Assembly (NCBI GenBank): GCA_963824985.1
Contig: CAWGRQ010000030.1
Coordinates: 64,583 to 128,582, forward strand
Reading direction: 5' to 3'
Origin: Terriglobia bacterium
Lineage (GTDB): Bacteria; Acidobacteriota; UBA6911
DNA length: 64,000 nt
Shown here: positions 37,018-47,468 of the stretch, one piece after another
Numbering within the stretch: position 1 is the first letter of the stretch
Layout of the letters: every line of letters begins with the position of its first letter
Notes under the pieces: generated by a model
What the model saw: only the letters and a program-made list of their open reading frames with translations
The model's database searches: none
Told to the model about the DNA's origin: nothing
Translations under genes and position numbers: made by a program

Positions 37018-37962
37018 TCAGCGTTCCAGGGGGGTCTTCTGCGGGGCCGGCTTGGTACTCCGGGCAATCAGACCTCTGAGGATGTCATTGCCTCGCCCGC
37101 TCAGGTTCCGGAACTGAATTCCGATCCCATCGAAATTGCGTACGGCGGTCATATACCATCCATAATGCGTGACGGTGGCTTCCAACCGCAATTCAGCAGA
37201 TGACAACTTCAACAGGATGCCGACCACGGAACCCGCGGGAGCGGGGGCCGTAGTCTCCACGAAAGCTCCCCCTTTGGATAGATCGCGGATGCACGCATCG
37301 TAGGAGTCGTCCTCCCACTGTACGTTGCAGGGGATGTAAACCTCATAGCGGGGCATGGTTCGATTGTCCGCGCCTCCGCCCTGGCACCTGGCGGGGGCTG
37401 TGGATGCGGGCACCTCCGAAGCCGGTGCCAGGTCGACAGCTTTTTCGTGCGTGGGCGCTTCAGGAACGAGAAGAGGATCCTCCGAGTCCAGGGGCGCCGG
37501 AGCTAGGCGTATATCCCCGGTTCTATTTCGAGTAAGGGCTCGTTCAATCACAGCCCGGAGTTCCCGGGAAATGCCCGAGCATCTGATGATAGGTTCATCG
37601 GCGCCGGCCTTCGATGTTTGACAGGCATCAGCCCCTTCATTGTGCCCGGATATCAGGATGATGGGCAAAGTAAGATCTTCGCGTTGTATGTACGCGATCA
37701 GCCGGGCTCGATCATTGGGGGAAACGCGCTGGTCCAGGAGCACCACGCGATGGCGCCCGGATTTGAGACGATCGATCGCATGAACAACCCGCAGGGAAAC
37801 ATCCAGGTGCAAATTGGGCGCGATGCGGTGAATTTCGTTTGCGAGATGGTCGGCTTCTGCAAGGCTGATCGTAAGATACAGAGCCGTGATTGATTCTCCT
37901 GCAAGCAGGACATGGTGCGGTTGGCTGCCTTCCCCGGAGGAACGTGAGATCCAAGTGTTCAT
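37018..37962 (-). CDS. PilZ domain protein with N-terminal degenerate receiver-like domain
   Basis: C-terminal RTMPR (RxxxR) followed by CIRDLSKGGAFVET (DxSxxG), the c-di-GMP-binding PilZ signature. The N-terminal 130 aa have a CheY-like alternation (VVLLDQRV ... PIILISGH). Confidence 0.8.
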   Translation of the reverse strand: MNTWISRSSGEGSQPHHVLLAGESITALYLTISLAEADHLANEIHRIAPNLHLDVSLRVVHAIDRLKSGRHRVVLLDQRVSPNDRARLIAYIQREDLTLPIILISGHNEGADACQTSKAGADEPIIRCSGISRELRAVIERALTRNRTGDIRLAPAPLDSEDPLLVPEAPTHEKAVDLAPASEVPASTAPARCQGGGADNRTMPRYEVYIPCNVQWEDDSYDACIRDLSKGGAFVETTAPAPAGSVVGILLKLSSAELRLEATVTHYGWYMTAVRNFDGIGIQFRNLSGRGNDILRGLIARSTKPAPQKTPLER

Positions 37963-38168
37963 AATTCTCTGCTCATGCCGGAGCCGCCGAATTGTCGGCG
38001 ATTTGGTTGCTGAACAAGGCTGATCTTTGTCATTTCAAAACTTTAGCCAACCTCTCCGCTGCCGGCACCCGCGGCCGAAATCGATTGTAATTACTAGATC
38101 GGCCAATCTATCCAAAGGATAAGTTTTGAATGCGCAGCCTGATGGCGACGGGAGGGCGATCTGGCAGC

Positions 38169-38953
38169 TTAAGGAATATTGATCACTCCCCGGAGGTACT
38201 CCACGGCTCTTCCGGCGATAGCTACGCGGTCGCCTCGCAACTCGCACTCAAGCTCGCCGGCACGGAGCGACAACTGTCTGGCGGTGAGCTTGAGCCTCCC
38301 CAGGCGCCCTGCCCAGTAGGGCACGAGCGTGCAATGCGCCGAGCCCGTGACCGGGTCTTCGGGAATGCCCACACGTGGAGCAAAAAAACGGGATACGAAG
38401 TCAACCTCACCGCCCGGCGCGGATGCAATCACGGCAAGCGCATCCAGCTGCGCGATACGATCGAAATTCGGTCGCAATTCCCGGATCTCATCTTCGGAGC
38501 CGAACACCGCGAGAATATCTTCGCGCCAGGTAGGCCTCCCGCGGCCTCGAACCCAGAGCGGATGTGAGCGCCTCGGAAACTTCGATCCGCACACCGGGAC
38601 GCGCGGGGAAATCCAGGCTCAGGAGATCTCCCGCGCGGCTCACGGCCAGGACACCGCTGCGCGTGCTGAAGCTGACCTGTTTCAGATCGGGATAATGATA
38701 GGCAAACAGGACGTGTCCGGTCGCCAGTGTGGCATGACCGCACAGATCGATTTCGACGGCCGGAGTGAACCATCGCAGTGGGCGCCATCTCCGGTCCCGG
38801 GATGACGAAGGCCGTCTCGGCAAGATTGTTTTCTGCGGCGATGCTCTGGAGAACCTCGTCCGGGAGACAACGGTCGAGAGTGACAACCGCCGCCGGATTT
38901 CCCCCGAACAACCGGCTCGTAAAGGCATCAATCTGGTAAATGGGAAGTTTCAT
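38169..38953 (-). pseudogene. PhzF-family isomerase, reading frame broken twice
   Basis: Three overlapping ORFs in three frames cover one PhzF protein. The first is MKLPIYQIDAFTSRLFGGNPAAVV ... NNLAETAFV (38953 frame). The second is RWFTPAVEIDLCGHATLATGHVLF (38931 frame). The third is SRFFAPRVGIPEDPVTGSAHCTLVPYW (38594 frame). Confidence 0.8.
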
Positions 38954-39025
38954 CCTGCCCTCGATTCCTGCGATTTGGCTTCCTCACGGACTTCAAAAAA
39001 GAGTGATTCACGGAATAGTTGCCGG

Positions 39026-39299
39026 GTAATTGTTTAGCCAAATCTAATGGATGAAGAAATAAAGCGCAAGGACGCAAAGATCGCCGCTGACCAACAGGCG
39101 TGGGCGCAGCGCTTCGCGCTGGTGCATCCTTGGACGAGCCGCGCGAGAAAGCGCGGCCAGTGGCTCCTCAGGAGGATTGCCCTTTCTCGCGCGACTCGTC
39201 CGAGGATGCGGCCGAAGGCCGCCCACGAACCGAAAGGGTTCCCTTTGCGTCCTTGCGGCCTTGCGTCTTTGCGTTCTGCTGTTAAGCATCGGCTTAACC
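39026..39299 (-). mobile_element. MITE copy 4 (full length, inverted; far end degenerate)
   Basis: Starts GTAATTGTTTAGCCAAATCTAATGG and carries a diverged version of the inner palindrome. It ends GTTAAGCATCGGCTTAACC instead of ...GGCTAAACAGATGC. No clean TSD. Confidence 0.75.
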
Positions 39300-39429
39300 G
39301 TTCGGAGCAAATGAGTTCCGACAGTTGAATTTGGAATTCTGTATCCGCGGGGATGGAGGGCGGATATAATTGCTCGTTCCTGCTTCGAACGAGGGAGCGA
39401 ATCAGAGCGTTTTTTTAAAGGAGGAAGAG

Positions 39430-42400
39430 GTGTTTAAATCGCCAAAGCCATTCTTATTTGTGGCATTCGTGTGCCTGCTGGGAGTTCTGAGCTTCGGCCA
39501 GAATTCGCAGAGCGTGGTCACGACCGATGACTTCAACCAATTCACCTGGCGATGGGTCGGGCCGACCACGTTTTCCGGCCGCGTTTCAGCCGTGGCGGTG
39601 CCCCGTGGGCAGACTCTGACCTACTATGCACTCGCCGCCAGCGGCGGCGTCTGGAAGACCATCGACGGCGGCATCCACTTCGAGCCGATTTTCGACAAAT
39701 ACGGCACGCTCAGCACGGGCTGGATGGCGATCGCGCCCTCGAACCAGGACGTGCTGTATCTCGGCACGGGCGAACCCATGCATGCCCGCGCCAGCACGCA
39801 CGGCAACGGCGTGTGGAAATCGACCGATGCCGGCAAGACCTGGACCAGCGTCGGTCTGACCAAGAGCTATTTCATCCCCAAGGTCGAGGTGGATTTCAAG
39901 AATCCCGACATCGTCTATGTCGCGGCGGAAGGCAAGCTGTATGACAACGAGATGGACTGCGAGCGCGGTCTCTATCGGAGTACCGACGGCGGCAAGACCT
40001 GGACCAACATCTTCACTCCCGTGAAAGACCGGGGAGTGGCGGATTTCGTGATCGATCCGCGCAACTCGAACGTCATCATTGCGGCAGCCTACAAAACGTT
40101 CCGGCGCGCCTGGACCTATATCGATCGCTGGCCGGGCAACGATCTGTATAAGACGACCGACGCCGGCAAAACCTGGAAAAAGCTGACCAACGGCTTGCCC
40201 CAGAATGAACCCATGGGCCGCACCGGCCTGGCCATTTTTGAAAAGAATCCGAACATCCTTTATGCCCGGCTCGATCAGGGCGTGAGCCTCGGATTCACCG
40301 AGCGGGACGGCGCCGCGAATTTCCGCCGCCCGGTGGCGGCGGCCGCGGCGGCGGTGGTGGCGGCGAGGGCCGGAGCCTGCGGGACGGTGCTCTTTCCCGA
40401 AGATTTCACCTTCGAAAAATTCAAGGCCTACAAGATCAATCCTGAAATCGCCAAGCTGGCACCCAAGTTTACTCCGGTCAGCGCGGCCAATGAGGCGGAA
40501 TTGGTCACCAAACTCAATGAGATGATCCAGGACAAGGATTTTCTCGACGAAAAACGGCATCGACATTGCCAAACTGGATCAGACGGCTCGCAAGCTTTAT
40601 GCGCAAGGACGACGACATCATTGATTCGATCAGCGAGATCGACAGATTGATGAAAAAACCGGCGCCGGCTGCCGATTCCACGGAAGCCAAGGGCCGATAC
40701 CAGATCATCAACCGGCACGCGCTGGAGATCCTCTATGCCAATGCACTCTCCATTCTAGCAGCCGGTAATAAGGAACGGAGCCGTCTACCGGACGGACGAC
40801 CAGGGCGAAACCTGGAAGATGATGACCGAGTACAAAATGCGAGCAACGCAGGGCGGCCGAGGCGGTGGCGGAGGACAGGGCAACATCCAGGTCAACCAGA
40901 CCGAAGGCGGCTACTACGGCAGGATCATCGTCGACCAGACCAACGATCAGGTGATCCTCTGCGGCGACACCAACACCACGATTTCCCGCGACGGCGGCAA
41001 GACCTTCCAGGCGACCGGGTGGGACAGTCCCGGCACCACGCCGATGCCGATCCACGTCGATCATCGCAGCAGTGTGGATGGATCCTGCCAATCCGAATCA
41101 CATCCTCAGCGGCAATGACGGCGGCGTGAGCGAAACCTGGGACGGCGGCAAACGCTGGAGCCAGAAGAACGCCATCAGCGCAGCGCAGTTCTTCGATGTG
41201 TCCGTCGACAACGAACAGCCATACAACGTCATGGGCGGCACGCAGGACAACGGCTGCTGGCTGGGCCCCTCGCCAGACACGCAACCAGCTACGGCATCTT
41301 CGCGTCCGATTGGCTGTACCTGCCGACCGGCGACGGGTTTTACGCTGTCCGCGACTGGTGGAATCCCGAATATATTTACTGGGAAAGTCAGTTCGGCTGC
41401 TCCAGCCGCCAGAATCTGAAGACCGGCGAAGCGATCGTCCTGACGTCCCGGCCACACCGGAGCAGATCTCGGCCGGCATGGCACAGCGAGTTACCAGTGG
41501 AATGCACCCATCGTGCTTGTCTCCCCACAATCCCGGCATCGTGTACGTCTGCTCGCAATACGTGCACCGGTCACTGACCCGCGGCGAGCGTAACTCTTTC
41601 GTGACGATCAGCCCCGACCTGACCAAGGCCAGCAAGGAAAAGCTCGATCTCGCCAGGAAGACCAACCTGCAGTGGGCGACGATTTACAGCTTCGCCGAAT
41701 CCGCGAAGAAGCCCGGCCTCTACTGGGCCGGCACCGATGACGGCAATGTGCAGAGTCTCCCGGACGGCGGGAATACCTGGAGTCAATATCACCAACCAGT
41801 TCTACGATGCCACGGGCAAGCCCAAAGCCGGGCATCAAGGGTGACCTCATCCCGTACGATCGCTGGGTGAAACGAGTGGTTCCCTCGGCCTTCGACGAGA
41901 ACACCTGCTACGTCGGCTTCTCCGGCTACCGGACGCAAACGAGGACAAGACCTGGTTGTTCGTGACCAAGGACCTCGGCAAGACCTGGACCGATATTTCG
42001 GGGAACATGCAGAATCCGATCTTCGACGTGGAAGAAGATCCGGACAACCCGAACGTCCTGTACCTCGGCACGGATTACGGCCTGTTCGTGACCATCGACC
42101 AGGGCAAGACTTGGGCGGCCTTCTCGACCACGGCGCCGAATGTCATCGTCCGCGACGTGGCGATCCAGAAGCGTGACCGTGAAATGGCGATCGGCACTTA
42201 TGGCCGCGGCATTTATGTCGCGGACATCGGCCCGATCAAGGAATTCAAGCCCGAAGCGTTCCAGGAACCGGCTCATCTGTTCGACATCAAGAACACGATC
42301 CGCTGGAACCGTTTCGAGCGGCGCGGCGACACGCTCGGCGAACTGGTCAAGTCGGACAACCCGCCGATCGGCGCGAATCTTTACTATTATCTCAAGGCCG

Positions 42401-42699
42401 ACGCGAAGGATGTGAAGCTGACCATCAAGGATCTGGAAGGAACTGTGATCGCGGACCTGGCACCCAGCAACAAGAAAGGGCTGCAGAAGCAGTTCTGGGC
42501 CCTCAACCGGGTAACCGGCGGCCAGGCTGCTGGCGGACGCGGCGCCGGTTTCGCAGGGGGTGGTGGCGGTGGTGGCGGCGGTCGCGGAGGACGCGGCAAC
42601 CAGGTTGAAAACGGCGTCTACAAAGTTACTCTCACGGTGGACGGGAAGGAAGTCGAAACCAAGAAAATGACGCTCCTGCCCGATCCGATGTTCAAATAG
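39430..42699 (+). pseudogene. BNR/sortilin (VPS10)-repeat glycosyl-hydrolase-like secreted protein, at least ten frame changes
   Basis: GTG 39430 follows AAGGAGGAAGAG. Repeated S.D.GKTW BNR motifs include KSTDAGKTW, RSTDGGKTW, KTTDAGKTW, RTDDQGETW and TKDLGKTW. The protein-like sequence hops between all three frames. The listed ORFs carrying parts of it are 39370.., 40566.., 40819.., 41072.., 41196.. and 41956..42699, and I traced unlisted segments between them. Confidence 0.8.
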
Positions 42700-42709
42700 C
42701 AACACAATC

Positions 42710-42737
42710 CCGGCGCGCCGCCCAGGCGGCGCGCCGG
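42710..42737 (+). terminator. GC-rich hairpin after the BNR gene
   Basis: CCGGCGCGCCGCC / GGCGGCGCGCCGG is a near-perfect 13-bp inverted repeat starting 11 nt after the stop. No T-run. Confidence 0.4.
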
Positions 42738-42849
42738 TCCCGCTGCCAGGCCTGCTGGAGGAGGGACATTCCCGAATGGCACGAAGATTAGGAGTGGATG
42801 AGGATGTGCCAAATCACCGCGTTGCCTATGAGGTCGAGGTGAATTTCTT

Positions 42850-43030
42850 TCGCCCCGCTGGGGCTCTCGATTCCGATCGGCTCACCGGGGGCTGCGCTTC
42901 GCTTGCCCCCGGCTACTTGCTTATTTGCCCCTCCGGGGCTCGGTGCAGGCCCGATGGATTACAGCCGGACTGCGCGCCGGAGGCGCGCGAGCCAGTAGCC
43001 CCGGGCAAGCTCCGCCTCCGACCGGGTCGG
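42850..43030. repeat. Cluster of GC-rich REP-like hairpins next to the IS110 element
   Basis: CCCCGCTGGGG, CCGGGGGC..GCCCCCGG (42885-42912), GCCCCTCCGGGGC, GCGCGCCGGAGGCGCGC and CCGACCGGGTCGG. The segment 42885-42940 resembles 9688-9745. Confidence 0.65.
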
Positions 43031-43219
43031 ATTGAATAACCTGTGACTGTGGGCGGCCACGAGCGGTATCCTGGACGCGAGCATAGCCGCAGTCAAGGCC
43101 CTTTACACATTCGTGCTTATGCCGCTTGGCAAGCATGGCTCCGGGAAGGCATTGAACATTGGCGAGGCTTTTTGGCACTCCCCTAGGCTAGATTCTGCAG
43201 TTGGCCGACCCGGGCGGAT
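43031..43219 (+). ncRNA. Candidate IS110-type bridge (guide) RNA region
   Basis: About 190 nt of non-coding DNA lie directly upstream of the IS110-family recombinase. This is the position and size where IS110-subgroup elements encode their bridge RNA. No fold or covariation was computed. Confidence 0.3.
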
Positions 43220-44743
43220 GTGCTCAGAAAGGAATGGAAAATGGAGGAAGGCCGCGATGTTCAAGGAGGAAATAGCAAACAGATTGCAGGACTCCCAGTG
43301 ATTCGACCGGAAGTAGCGGGGATCGATTTGGGCAGTGAACAACACTGGGTTTGCGCTCCGACGCTGGACCGATCCGCTCGGGAAGTAGCCACTTTCGGAG
43401 CTACAACTCCAGAGCTGATCCGGATGGCTCAGTGGCTTAAAGAGCGTAACATCGAATCGATAGCAATGGAGAGCACGGGGGTCTACTGGATTGCTCCACA
43501 CGAGGTCCTGGAGGCGGCGGGTTTCGAAATACTGTTAGTCGATACCCGGCAATTGGCACGCGTACCTGGGCGCGACAAAAAAACGGACGCCAAAGACTGC
43601 GAGTGGATTCAACGGCTCCATAGCTGCGGACTGCTCAGGGGTTCATTTCGCCCTGCGGAGGCCATATGCATGTTGCGGACCCTGGTGCGAGACAAGGCCA
43701 TCCTGGTGGCCGATTCATCCGACTGGCTGCGCAGGATGCAAAAGAGCCTGGACCAGATGAATGTGCGGGTGCACCGGGCGGTTTCCGATATTGATGGGGT
43801 GACCGGCATGAAGATTCTACGAGCCATCGCAGCGGGAGAGCGCGACCCCATGAAACTGGCCCAGCTGCGTGACTGGCGCTGCCGCAAGAGCGAAGAGGAA
43901 ATCGCCGACCAGTTGACCGGGCACTGGCGCGAGGACCACCTGTTCAGTCTGCGGCAGTCATTGCAAATGTACGACGCTTTCCAGCAGCGCGTTGCCGATT
44001 ACGACCGGGAGATTTTACGAAAGCTCGCCGAGCTGCAGCGGCAGGAGTGCCGACAACAGCCTCCTCCGACCGTGAAAAATCCACATAAAGCAAGAGCGAT
44101 CAAAAAACGGGGCGAAGAGCCCATGCGAGAGGCGCTGTATCGCATGAGCGGAGCGGACCTAACCAGCATCGACGCCATCGGTGTAGAAACCGTCCTGGTG
44201 GTCGTGAGCGAATACGGTCCCACTTTAAGCGATTTCCCGACGGAGAAACACTTTGTCTCGCACGCCACCCTGGCACCCCATAGACCCATCAGCGGAGGCA
44301 AACCCGTCAAAAAGAAAAGGCGGAACACGGCGAGTACGCGCGTTGCCGCTGCCCTACGGATGGCGGCACTGTCACTGCGTAACAGCGCAACGGCGTTGGG
44401 AGCTTACTATCGAAAGATCGCGCGAAGTCGTGGAGGAGACGTTGCCGTATTTGCGAGCGCAAGAAAGTTGGCCACTCTGATTTACCGCCTGCTGCGGTGG
44501 GGCCAGCCATACGTCGATGAAGGTGTAGAAGCATTTGAAAAGCGCTACCGCGAGAGCCGGATCAACTCCCTGAAGGCCAGAGCCAAGGAACTCGGATATC
44601 AATTAGTCGCTGGTCCTAATGCTTCGGCCCCCGAGCCAGCCACGGGTTTAGTCACAGGCAAGCGAAGCGCAGCCCGGGGTTTAGACGCAAACAGATCGGC
44701 AGCCCCGGCGGGGCGACAGAACATTCTCGCCTTATCTTCGTGA
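43220..44743 (+). CDS. IS110-family DEDD transposase/recombinase
   Basis: AGIDLGSEQHWVC, IAMESTGVYW and LLVDTRQLARVPGRDKKTDAKDCEWIQRL form the RuvC-like DEDD domain. The C-terminal Tnp domain has SIDAIGVETVLVVVSEYG ... LAPHRPISGGK ... ALRMAALS. The likely real start is ATG 43241. The last roughly 45 codons look like read-through into flanking DNA. Confidence 0.9.
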   Translation: MLRKEWKMEEGRDVQGGNSKQIAGLPVIRPEVAGIDLGSEQHWVCAPTLDRSAREVATFGATTPELIRMAQWLKERNIESIAMESTGVYWIAPHEVLEAAGFEILLVDTRQLARVPGRDKKTDAKDCEWIQRLHSCGLLRGSFRPAEAICMLRTLVRDKAILVADSSDWLRRMQKSLDQMNVRVHRAVSDIDGVTGMKILRAIAAGERDPMKLAQLRDWRCRKSEEEIADQLTGHWREDHLFSLRQSLQMYDAFQQRVADYDREILRKLAELQRQECRQQPPPTVKNPHKARAIKKRGEEPMREALYRMSGADLTSIDAIGVETVLVVVSEYGPTLSDFPTEKHFVSHATLAPHRPISGGKPVKKKRRNTASTRVAAALRMAALSLRNSATALGAYYRKIARSRGGDVAVFASARKLATLIYRLLRWGQPYVDEGVEAFEKRYRESRINSLKARAKELGYQLVAGPNASAPEPATGLVTGKRSAARGLDANRSAAPAGRQNILALSS

Positions 44744-44745
44744 CA

Positions 44746-47430
44746 ATGGATATTCATAAGCTCGATCGAATTTTCAAACCAAAACGCATTGCGGTGCTCG
44801 GCGTCACGATCAATCCCAACAGCGTGGGGGGCAAGGTCGTCAGCAATCTCGTCGGTGGGGGCTTTACCGGGGTCGTCTACCCCGTGAATCCGCAACACGA
44901 GGCCGTGCTCGGAATCCACTGTTTTCCCGATGTAAAGGGCCTGCCCAAAACACCTGATCTGGCTGTAATCTGCTCGCCGCCGGACCAGGTCCCCCGCCAG
45001 GTGAGGGAATGCGGTGAGTCCGGAATCCTCGGCCTGATCATCATGTCGGCTGGATTCAGGGAGACCGGCGCGGCCGGCCAGGCTCTGGAGGATGAGATTC
45101 GCGCCGAAGCCGCGCGCTTCGATGGAATGCGCATTTTGGGACCGAATTGCCTCGGCATCATCGTCCCGGGACTGAAACTGAATGCGAGCTTTGCCGCGGG
45201 AATGCCCAAACCCGGCAATATCGCTTTCATTTCACAATCGGGCGCCCTCTGCACTTCCGTGCTGGATTGGGCCATCGAAGGCAAGATCGGCTTCTCGCAC
45301 TTCGTATCGGTCGGTAATTGCCTCGACGTGGGTTTCGGCGACCTGATCGACTACTTCGGAGAGGAACCGGATACCAAGTCCATTATCCTCTATGTGGAGT
45401 CGCTGAATCACGCGCGCCGGTTCATGACCGCGGCGCGCGCCTTCGCCCGCACGAAGCCGATCATTGCCTACAAGGCGGGGCGTTTCCCCGAGTCGGCGCG
45501 GGCTGCCGCTTCCCACACCGGCGCCATGGCATCGGAGGATGCCGTGTACGACGCCGCGTTCCAGAGAGCGGGGCTGGCGCGAATCTTCGACCTCGGGGAT
45601 ATCTTCGACTGCGCGGAATTGATCGGCAGGAACAAGAATCCGCGCGGACCGAAGCTGGGTATCGTCACCAACGCCGGCGGTCCCGGAGTCATCGCGACGG
45701 ATGCCCTCATTGCGTCCGGCGGCGTCCTGGCAAAGCTCTCCGATGAGACCATGAACAGGCTGAACGAAAGCCTGCCGCCGTCCTGGTCGCATGGGAATCC
45801 CGTCGATGTCCTGGGAGACGCCAATTCGAAACGAATCGAAAAGGTCACCCAGATTCTTCTCGCGGAACCGGCTGTTGACGCCGTGCTCGTGATTCTTACG
45901 CCCCAGGCCATGACCAACCCGACAGCCACAGCCAAAGCGGTTGGCAAACTGGCGGCGGAAACCAGAAAGCCGATGCTGGCCGCCTGGCTCGGCGGGCAGA
46001 CGATGCGGGATTCGTTTCCGATCCTCACCGAATCGGGCATCGCCGCGTACAAAACCCCGGAAGACGCCATCCGCGCGTTTATGACCCTCGTCGATTACGA
46101 ACGAAACCTGGAGGCGCTGTACGAAACGCCCAAGGATATTCCCCTCGAATTTCCCGTCGACCGGGAGGAGCGTCGGGAGCAGTTCGTGGCCAAGCACTTT
46201 GGCGAACGAAGCGTGTTGCCGGAGGATATCTCGAAGTTGCTGATCGAGACTTACGGAATTCCCACCACCACCCCGCACCCGGCCGGCACAGCCTCGGAAG
46301 CCGCCGCGGTCGCGACGAGCATCGGATACCCGGTGGTTCTCAAGATCCACTCCCCCGACATCACGCATAAGACCGACGTCGGCGGCGTGCTGCTCGACCT
46401 CGAAGATGAGGAGATGGTGCGGACCGCATTTGACCGCATCCTTGCCGGGGCAAAAACCAAGAGACCGGATGCAGTGCTGGACGGCGTGACCGTTCAGCGC
46501 ATGATAAAAAAGAAAGATGCCCTCGAGATGATCCTGGGCATAAAAAAAGATGCGGTTTTCGGCACCGTGATGATGGTCGGCATGGGGGGAACCGGAGCGG
46601 AGTTATTCGCGGACCGTGCTCTCGGCTTTCCGCCCCTTAATGAGCGGCTGGCCATGCGCATGCTCGAGTCGCTCAAGATGTGGCCGCTCCTGAACGGCTA
46701 CCGCGGCCGCCCGCCGGTCAACGTCTCCAGCCTCATTGAAGTCCTGATCCGGCTGTCATACCTGGCCGCCGATTACCCGGAGATCAATGAGCTGGACATC
46801 AATCCGCTTCTGGTCACGTCTCAGGAAGTCATCGCTCTCGATGCCCGCATCATTCTCGATCGGAACCTGGTGGGCAAGAAAATGGAGCCATACTTCCACC
46901 TCGCTCTGCGGCCCTACCCCGAAAAATACGTGCGCCACTTGAAGCTGGCGGACGGCACTAAGGTCATCCTGCGTCCGATCAAACCGGAAGACGAGCCGCT
47001 CTGGATGGATCTGCTGGCCAGCTGCTCGAAAGAGTCAATCTACTCCCGGTTCCGCTATTTCTTCCACTGGCAATCGCACCAGGTCGCCACCCGCTTTTGC
47101 CACATCGACTATGATCGCGAGATTGCAATCGTCGCCGAGATCACGGAAAAGGGGGAGCGCAAACTGCTGGGAGTCGGCCGATTGATCGCAGATCCGGATC
47201 ACCAGGAGGTCGAATACGCGGTTCTCATCACCGACGCATGGCAACAGAAGGAGCTGGGCAGCATCATCACCGACTACTGCCTCGAAATCGCCGGGAAGTG
47301 GAACCTGAAGCGCATCGTCGCCCAGACGACTACCGACAACTCCCGCATGATCTCGGTGTTCCGGAAGCGCGGCTTCGAGATCATCATCGGAAACGACTCC
47401 ACGGTGGACGTCGTGAAGCAGATCGACTGA
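44746..47430 (+). CDS. Pat/YfiQ-type protein lysine acetyltransferase (ADP-forming acyl-CoA synthetase-like domains + C-terminal GNAT)
   Basis: About 894 aa. CoA-binding N-terminus (PKRIAVLGVTINPNSVGGKV), a succinyl-CoA-synthetase-like flavodoxin domain, an ATP-grasp domain (GYPVVLKIHSPDITHKTDVGGV), and a GNAT tail (WQQKELGSIITDYCLEIA ... RMISVFRKRGFE). Confidence 0.88.
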   Translation: MDIHKLDRIFKPKRIAVLGVTINPNSVGGKVVSNLVGGGFTGVVYPVNPQHEAVLGIHCFPDVKGLPKTPDLAVICSPPDQVPRQVRECGESGILGLIIMSAGFRETGAAGQALEDEIRAEAARFDGMRILGPNCLGIIVPGLKLNASFAAGMPKPGNIAFISQSGALCTSVLDWAIEGKIGFSHFVSVGNCLDVGFGDLIDYFGEEPDTKSIILYVESLNHARRFMTAARAFARTKPIIAYKAGRFPESARAAASHTGAMASEDAVYDAAFQRAGLARIFDLGDIFDCAELIGRNKNPRGPKLGIVTNAGGPGVIATDALIASGGVLAKLSDETMNRLNESLPPSWSHGNPVDVLGDANSKRIEKVTQILLAEPAVDAVLVILTPQAMTNPTATAKAVGKLAAETRKPMLAAWLGGQTMRDSFPILTESGIAAYKTPEDAIRAFMTLVDYERNLEALYETPKDIPLEFPVDREERREQFVAKHFGERSVLPEDISKLLIETYGIPTTTPHPAGTASEAAAVATSIGYPVVLKIHSPDITHKTDVGGVLLDLEDEEMVRTAFDRILAGAKTKRPDAVLDGVTVQRMIKKKDALEMILGIKKDAVFGTVMMVGMGGTGAELFADRALGFPPLNERLAMRMLESLKMWPLLNGYRGRPPVNVSSLIEVLIRLSYLAADYPEINELDINPLLVTSQEVIALDARIILDRNLVGKKMEPYFHLALRPYPEKYVRHLKLADGTKVILRPIKPEDEPLWMDLLASCSKESIYSRFRYFFHWQSHQVATRFCHIDYDREIAIVAEITEKGERKLLGVGRLIADPDHQEVEYAVLITDAWQQKELGSIITDYCLEIAGKWNLKRIVAQTTTDNSRMISVFRKRGFEIIIGNDSTVDVVKQID

Positions 47431-47468
47431 CCGGGCATTTAAGGCGGCATCATTCCAGCCCAAAATCT

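Noticed and set aside
38030-38060. AAACTTTAGCCAACC resembling the MITE terminus TGTTTAGCCAA
   Set aside because: The match is only about 9 nt, with no adjacent arm sequence. It is a chance similarity.
42535-42600. GGT/GGC-rich tract (poly-Gly GGGGGGGGRGGRG) as a possible simple-sequence repeat element
   Set aside because: It lies in-frame inside the C-terminal part of the BNR protein, and a similar Gly/Arg-rich linker occurs at 40850-40880. It is a low-complexity linker, not a separate feature.
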